Shown: positions 55,701 through 64,000 of the stretch, one piece after another
Numbering within the stretch: the first letter of the stretch is position 1
Layout: every line of letters starts with the position of its first letter
NCBI RefSeq assembly: GCF_000150275.1
Contig: NW_002060943.1
Location: 124,001-188,000 of the forward strand
From: Trichoplax adhaerens
Lineage: Eukaryota > Animalia > Placozoa
Direction of reading: 5' to 3'
Length of the DNA stretch: 64,000 bases
Translations under genes and position numbers: made by a program
Notes under the pieces: model-generated
Database searches by the model: none
What the model saw: the letters and a program-made list of their open reading frames with translations, nothing else
Told to the model about the DNA's origin: nothing

Positions 55701-58700
55701 GCTAATAAATATAGCGGAGGTAGCATATTTGAGCGATATCTATTTACTCCGTGCACCGATTCATTGTTGCATAATTAGGTTGAGCCTACATGAGTGTTGT
55801 CATCATAAACATTAATGTAATAGTTATAATAACCTGTGATATTAATATGATATTGATAATAAAAATCATCCAATCTTTTTATTATAATATGATTTGTGTT
55901 ACACCATGTACATGCTTATTCGTGATTTAGTCATAATCTAATTTTTTGATTTTAGGCAATAAGCAGAAACGTGACAATTTTGGCCATCCATCTGCAAAAA
56001 AGCAAAAAAAATTGGTAAAATATTTACTCCGTTACATCGGTAGCAATGTTATAGCATCTACTACTGATTTATTGTTTACAAATTCTAAACCTATACGTAA
56101 ATAATGGTCTGTAAATGCTATTAGAAGTTGTCACTGAACGACTCGCCTGGGTTGTGAATATTGAAAAATATATGATGTAACAATCTTAGTTATAAGTTAT
56201 GTGCTACAGTAGTAATATCCAAATTATTTAAGACTTTATAGATAAGATATAACGTTTTCGAATGATTATGAGCATAATACCGTAGTATCTTTGAAGGAAT
56301 GAGAATAACCTATAACATTACTTGTACATGTATGTACGTGTGTTAATCAGAGTTACTTTAAGTGCACGACACAAAGTGTGACACGGAAATTCCGTTTTAT
56401 GTAGTACTGTAACTGTACTTTCTGAACTGACCGTAGTCGAAAAGAAGTTATGTACCTTTTCTCTAGTTTCTATCCAAATTCATATTGGGCGTTATATCAA
56501 AAATTTTTTGTAACTTCAGGTAATGAAACCAATCCAAAGCATGTTTCTAGCAAGTAGCAAGAAGACTCAGGTAAAGCAGAGTCTTTGAATTTTAGTGATC
56601 CACTGTTTTTTTTATGTTCTGGCTATGCTAACACCGTATCTTATGTTTATGTGTTCTTCTAGAATAACAAGAACGTAAAGTTAGAAAACGATGACCTGTT
56701 GGATGATATTTTACAAGAAATAGAGGTAAAAAAATGTTATCGAATATATTCTTCTTGACGTCTTCCAGCCCTGGCCTACATGCTGTCATGAACACTAACC
56801 CTATTCTCGATTTTAATCTCTACTTTTAGAAAAAAGACCCTGTACCAAATGCGAATAAGTCTGATCGGTAAAATATTTTAACCAGAAATATCCGTTCTAT
56901 TAAATTTCGATATTAATTATTCTACTTGACCAATTACTGTCTACAATCCAATTACAGAACACCATCTAATCCTAGAAATCAAAAACAACTTACCGGAGCT
57001 GTATGTCATATAATATCTTGCAACAGCTACTTAACGCGATCGTCAGTTACATTAGTTCCAAAAGTTTTAATAATAAATCTGAACATATGCTTCGTTTAGG
57101 CTATGAAAAGGCGATTATATGTCCGTGAGCCAATTGATATTCAACCGGAGAAATCGAAAGTCACACGCGTTGACAATATTTCATGTAGGTATACAAGTCA
57201 TTTGAACATATCAGGTCTGGATAATTTTTCTGGCGCAACTACAGTATTTACATCACTAAGTAAAAAGATAAAGTTTCTTTAATGTTACTTACTAATTACT
57301 CAAACGATATTATTCGATTAGTTTCTGTAATATTCTCATTTTGTATAAATCAATGAATAGCATGCAATAAAACTTTATTTTTCTGGAATTGTATTATGAT
57401 GATAATAGCATTCAAAAACAGCCGGATCGATAGGAATCTAACGGAGGCTTATACAGCAAGTAGCCTTCCTGTAATAAAAAAAGAACCAGGCATATATCGT
57501 GAACCGTCGTGAGTACTGAAATGTCAATCTAATACATTGCAATCTATTATGACATCACAACAACGTAACCACGGTTTCTCCTTATGCTGCAAATATTATA
57601 TCCTAAGGCTTCCGGATTCTTCTATTAAACAAGAAATTGATTCTCATACCGAAAATTACATTCCTGCTGTGAAGGTATGTGATTCTTAGTTAAGACGATA
57701 GGTTACTACTTTAGAGCAACATACGGTTTTTGTTCTGACCAACAAAACACAACTTTTTATATAGGAATCTGACCATTTTACTAGCAATGATGACTTAGAC
57801 ATTGTAATGAATGACATTGATGGTAAGTTATAACTAAAAATGCCATCGGTATCGGTTATTTTATACACAAAACGCTATTGAATTAAATTAAGCCCTAAAA
57901 TGTTACATTTAACAAATTTGATTAAACAGCCTTCCCAGATTGTGAGAATACAGATACGGTTAATCCTGAGGAGGAAAATGTAAATGCAGTCAAAAATGAC
58001 CGATTGCGTCATCTTTCTACATCGTAAGCTACATTCACTGCTACCCTAGCTATTTTACGACTGATCCTGTAAAATAAAACTAAATATATTTACGTTGGGT
58101 CGTAACAGGTCGGACTTTATTTCGAATCACGATCTGGAATTAATGACAGACGAGACGCTACATAATTCCGATTTTCAGGTACACTGTACCAACACTTACG
58201 AGTATTTTGATAATTATCTTCTTAGTCATAATATAGTGTCACTAATTAGTCGAATATTAATTCAAATTTACAGAAAGTCGATAGTATGGCTACTACAACA
58301 CCCACTATACCAGTTGATGAGATAGACGGTCGGTTGCGCAACATTGCTATTCTAAACTTTTTAAGATAACGTTAATGTCTAGCACTGGCAATATAATATC
58401 AAATTTGTTGCAGGTGAAAAATATATCGACTTCTTTTGGTTTGATGCTTACGAAGACCCAAGTCTTCAGAAAGGTAGGATTAAACATTGAGATAGATAGT
58501 TCGTTATATTGTTACTTATAATTTTATCTACCGTAGGGATTATTTATCTGTTTGGTAAAGTCAAAACTAAAGAAAATGCATATGCTAGGTAATACATTGA
58601 TTGGCCTAATGACTTTTATTTAAAATGTAATGAGATAATTTTCACTCGGATATAGTTGCTGCCTAATTGTGAAAAATATAGAACGCGATATTTACATCTT

Positions 58701-61700
58701 ACCAAGAAAAACCGTAAGTGTTATTAGGAAATGTCCAAATGACGCTCATGAGACTGAAGTAGTTATTTATGCGTCTATGAAATAAAAATAACGTGAATTT
58801 ATATCATGTGTAGCGTTTAGACACGGACGGTTCAGACTCGGGAATTGAAGTTACTATGAAAGATGTGTACGAGGTACTTCTATAAATATATTAAATGTGT
58901 CAAATTTTAATGAATTTTGTAAGACGATTTGGTTGATCTAAATAGGAATTTAGTGAAATTTGTAATAAGAACAAAATAATGACGTTCCGAAGCAGAGTAA
59001 GATCATAGTAAAAACAAATTATAATACTTTACGAAACAAAATATGCTAAATTACATATTTTATAATTATGTGTGTTACTGTACATTAATCGTTGACATAT
59101 CAATACTATATAGGTAACTAAAAAGCGATATGCTTTTGAATTGAAAGATGTGCCTGTTGAATCGGAATATTTGCACGTTAAATATAGTGTAAGCTTTATA
59201 GACAATAAGTACATTTTAAACATGTATTTAGATGAAAATATTTCGGAATAACGTGCATTCATATTTTCCTTTCAATTCAGGCTGCTTTACCGCAAATAAA
59301 AAGTGATATGCAAGGGCAGACATTCAGTCATGTATTTGGAACCAACACGTCGAGGTCAGCTATATATTGAGTGTTCTAAGATGGAATCAAAATATTTATG
59401 TTCTGGCCAACTTTATCTTTGATTCATAGTTTGGAGTCGTTTTTACTACATAACAAAATTATGGGCCCCAACTGGCTTAGAATCAGAAACCCACGTTAGT
59501 TTCTAGTATATTGGTCAATTAGTACATAACATATGCAATTATTAATGTATAATTAATTCAATGCAATAGAATTTCCATCACAAAAAGTTAGCTACTGCAG
59601 ATCTGAGGTACGTATACGCGTATACAAAATTTTGGCACTATACTTATATATCTGAAAATGACTGTATGTTGACATGTATGTAATCACATTTGCAGATTTG
59701 TGTTGATGACCCTGAAACTATTAAAGTCTTACAAGGGAATGAACTGCCTAAAATGGTACTTTTCTTGCTAATGTCAATATTTAATTTTTTTAATATTTTT
59801 ACATAATTCTGCTACCATATACTGCTTTGAATTAAATTTATATCTTACCTAAAATCTATACAGACTATCCTAAGTTTCAGTATGAAAACGATCATTAACC
59901 CTAAGACTCATGAAAATGAGGTTAAAAGTTTGATATTGCTTTTTAAGTGCTAATCCTCCTACCAATTATTCCGTGTGTACTAATTTCTGATCATAATTTT
60001 ATCTCTGCAATGAATTTAAAATTAATGTACCCCAGATTGTAGCGATCGCTGCTGTAACACACCAATCATTTTACTTTGATAAACCACCCCCAAAATCTTT
60101 ATTCGAGGGTCACTTCGTAGGTACGTAGAAAGATGTTGATTGACTATCATCTAGTTTTACTTGCTAAAATACCATTTTATGTATTGCAAGATAAAATAAG
60201 ATTACATTAGCTTAATTGAAAAGGCTACATTTTTTATTTCTAGTTATTAGAAATCTCGTCGATCATAACATCCCGATGGGTTTTCGCGATTTTATGAAAC
60301 AAAAGGTTTATGTCATGTTTTACAATCATACATTTTTATTAAACAATTTTACGCTCATCAAAACTGGCGCGATTAATCTGCAATTTTAATCGAGTAGAAT
60401 ATAAATCTTGAAATCTCATCCACGGAAAGAGCATTATTAAGTTTTTGGCTCGCTAAAGTACAACAAATCGACCCTGATATCATCGTGGTAAGCTAACTTG
60501 TATCTTGCCATCGTTCTTTATACCTACATTGAAGTGAATGTGCCTTTTATCCAATTCTCAGGGACATAATATATGTGGATTTGATATCGATGTTATCCTT
60601 CATAGAATGAATACGTGTAAAGTAAGATACCTATCGCTTATGTCTGGCACATACTACCTTTTTGTTCTTATGCAATCTAATGGGAATGTCCTTATCTTAG
60701 GTGTCGTTATGGTCGCGAATTGGAAGAATTAAAAGACATGCCATGCCTAAATTATCTGTTAGTCTCGATGCGCACACATTTAATGGCGCATTCCGTTTAT
60801 CCTCACAGCTGTATTTTAGTCTGATATGATATTAGTATCACATTTGCATTTATTATTCACCTTCGTAAATCGCTGTCATTTCCATTTAATCTTTATGATT
60901 ACAGTCTACCGTCGGTGGTTTCGGATTTGCAGACCGTTCCGCTTGTTGTGGTCGATTAATTTGTGATGCCAAAACATCCGCTAAGGAATTAATTCGAGTT
61001 AAAAGTTATGATCTTACAGGTAATGTGTAAAACTGTGAACCTTAGGTCTTGCCTAGTCTTTGATAGAAATGCTTATATAATTATTTCAATTACATATCTT
61101 TGCAGAACTCACATCATACGTTCTGAAAGCGAAAAGATTCGATATTAACCAAGATGAGATTGCAGATAAATTTAAGTACGGTGTTTATGGGTTTCAAAAA
61201 TTTAAATCAGTTAATAGTATTCACTAATTTCTTTGCAAACTTTTAAAATATTTTTAGCTCTGTTGGTGATCTATTCGCTCTAGTAAACCATACTTTCGTA
61301 AGTAATAAAATATCACACTGTGATAATAGTATATGAATATCATATTTCTTTACTTAAATTATATCAAACTCATAATAGATGGATGCAACCTTTGCCTTGC
61401 GGATTGTGTATGAGTTGAACGTAAGCATCTTAGAAATTTAAGGTCAATTATGGCGATCAATTTTCAGCTCAAGGAATTTTCTTATTTACTTTTTAACGGA
61501 CAGGCGTTACCCTTAGCCTTACAAATTACCAACATTGTTGGAAATGTACTATCACGAACTCTCCTTGGTGGAAGATCGGAGAGAAATGAATTTTTACTCC
61601 TGCACGCATTTTCTGAAAAGTAAAGATTTAAAGAATTGCTGAATATTTAAATAGTACAAATTTTCTAAGTGTTATAATTTTATTACTATAGAGATTTCGT

Positions 61701-64000
61701 TTGTCCTGATAAAAGTTTTAAAAAGAAGCAACAGGTTTGGGCTCTATACGAATTTAACTTTTTATGCAATATTGATAATAATTGTATGTTACAAACTTGA
61801 AAATATCAGTTTAATGAAGAATTTGAAGACCACGATGATGCGGCAAAATCTAATAATAGGCGTAAAAAGCCGGCGTATTCCGGTGGTTTAGTTCTTGAAC
61901 CAAAAAAAGGTATAACGCGAGTTGTTCTTAGTGGTATAACTAAATTATGTCCCTCATGATTTCATTGATGAATATTACTTACTTTGCTTTTCCTAGGCTT
62001 CTATGACAAATATATTTTGCTGCTGGATTTTAACAGTCTGTATCCGACGATCATTCAAGAATTTAACATATGCCTCACTACAGTTGATCGTCATCATCTT
62101 GCAGCGGATGAGAACAATGATAACGTATGCCTACATTTCTGTCACTTTTAATGTCAAAAGATTTCGTTGTAGCTACATAAATGAGGTCGAATGATTATCA
62201 TGATCGATACTTGCTATAGGAGTTGGAATGTGAATATCCTAGTCCAGACTTAGAGCCTGGTGTTCTTCCGCTAATCCTGAAAGGACTTGTAGAGCGACGA
62301 AGAGAGGTATTTGTACAGCATATCTTATTTTGGCTGATAGTTAAGCTGCTGTTAACATCTTATGTACAATTAAAATTATAAAGGTAAAAGGCTTAATGAA
62401 AAGTTGCAAAGATGAATTGGCCTATAAACAAGTAAGTATAGCCTACTACTGGTAATACCGAAATATTTCGTTTTGGGAGTACGGCCACCTGTACTTAAGA
62501 CTAATATTCCTCATTCATCGTCTTGTATTGCAGTATGACATTCGCCAAAAAGCTCTGAAATTAACGGCAAACAGGTACATCATTCATATGCCTGTTACAA
62601 CTTAGAATTTAAATTAAGACGTACTCTAATGCTTATTATATTGCAGCTTGTATGGCTGTTTAGGATTTTCGAATTCGAGATTTTATGCAAAACCTTTAGC
62701 CGCTTTGGTAACAAGTAAAGGAAGAGAGGTAGAAAACTATATTATTTATTTGTCATGCTTGCGTTTTAAAGCTAAAGATATTTTTGTTTTTCCAAGATTT
62801 TAACTAAAGCTAAAGAATTGGTGGAAAATGTAAGATATAATAGTCAAACATATTAAATAATGAATATTTCCTTCGTCATATAAAATTACTTAAATCATGT
62901 TTCTTTGAATTACAGCAAATGTTATTGGAAGTTATTTATGGTGATACCGATTCAATCATGATAAATACCAATTCAACTAACTTAGACGAAGCTTATAACC
63001 TTGGTCATAAAGTGAAAGCAGAAATTAACAAATCCCATAGACTTTTAGAAATAGACATTGACGGTGTCTTCAAATCTATGCTTTTGCTAAAGAAAAAGAA
63101 GTACGATATTTACTACAATATTTATACGAAAAGCTAGATATAACGAAACGATATATTAACTTAATATAATTTCATTTTACAAGGTACGCAGCTCTTGCAA
63201 TCCAAAAGAATGAAGACGGTAGGAAGTTGTTTTTCGATATCAAAATTTTTCTCTAATAGGCTATTTGATGTCATTTGATCATTACTTTTTATCTATAGGA
63301 ACTCTTTCCGAAGTTAAGGAACTGAAAGGCTTAGACATAGTCAGAAGAGATTGGTGTCAATTAGCAAAGGACGTTGGAAAGTAAACACTATGGATACATA
63401 AAATTTATAAATTTAAATCATTTGCTATAACAAGTTTAAAACTTTTCCAGCTACGCCCTATCACAAATTTTATCTTCGGATTCTCGTGAGAATATTGTCG
63501 ATAAAATTCATTCCTATCTCACTGAAGGTAATTTATTACTATCTTCCTGAAATAATAATTAAGTTAAAACGTTTGTTTATCTTGGAAGTTCTACTTTATT
63601 AGCCAGTAAAAACTAAATATTGATGAAAATTTTAAAATTTCGTTTTTGTTTTATAATTAGTTGGAGACGACGTCCGTTCCGGTCGCATCGACATAGATAA
63701 ATACGTTATTTTAAAAGTATGTCTTCATATTATACAGGAAGTTAGATATTCTGACTATGGTAAATGTCTATTTGCTTTAAAATTTTAATTCCTCTACTGC
63801 CAATACAGACTTTGTCGAAGTCGCCTAACGATTACCCTGATAAAAAGAGCTTACCTCATATTCATGTGGCGTTATGGATGCAAACTGAAAATCGTAGAGT
63901 GCAAATTGGTGATGCTGTTCCTTATGTAATTTGTGATGTAAGTGCTGCTACCAAATTATGCACGTATATATCCATGGAAAATAATTACTGGATGACAACA
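52790..64000 (+). CDS. POLA1: DNA polymerase alpha catalytic subunit (family B), >40 exons, 3' end beyond the window
   Basis: N-terminal [42 protein letters not shown]; FFWFDAYED; IDPDIIVGHN; [20 protein letters not shown]; [13 protein letters not shown]; [18 protein letters not shown]; ALKLTANSLYGCLG; [11 protein letters not shown]; [11 protein letters not shown]. Confidence 0.98.
53025..53910 (+). ncRNA. Three diverged tandem copies of a ~250-350 nt hairpin-rich unit in POLA1 intron 2 (candidate structured intronic RNAs)
   Basis: Copies at ~53025-53374, ~53372-53637 and ~53655-53910 share collinear blocks, fold with G-U pairs on the + strand and each end in ACA. The repeat itself is well supported; RNA function is inference. 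Confidence 0.45.

Overview
AT-rich eukaryotic genomic DNA with densely packed genes split by many short (~70-110 nt) GT-AG introns. This architecture and the protein sequences suggest a non-bilaterian animal, most likely the placozoan Trichoplax (inference). I assembled seven genes by hand-splicing: (1) the 5' end of a signal-peptide + LDLa-domain gene running off the left edge (-); (2) an amino-acid permease-like transporter (+); (3) mitochondrial intermediate peptidase MIPEP (-); (4) the four-domain leak channel NALCN with an EEEE pore (+); (5) an RFX4/6-type transcription factor (-); (6) a spermidine/spermine N1-acetyltransferase (-), head-to-head with (7) DNA polymerase alpha POLA1 (+, runs off the right edge). 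Most short entries in the ORF track are exon fragments or noise. Non-coding highlights are: three diverged tandem copies of a ~250-350 nt unit in POLA1 intron 2 that fold into G-U-rich hairpins on the sense strand and each end in ACA (candidate undescribed intronic ncRNA cluster); palindromic (AGTAC/GTACT)n clusters upstream of the housekeeping-type genes; a box C/D-like element in SSAT intron 1; a 66-bp minisatellite with a higher-order repeat; and E2F, CLEAR/E-box and X-box sites. There is no CRISPR, rRNA, tRNA or intact transposon. All splicing and folding was done by eye.
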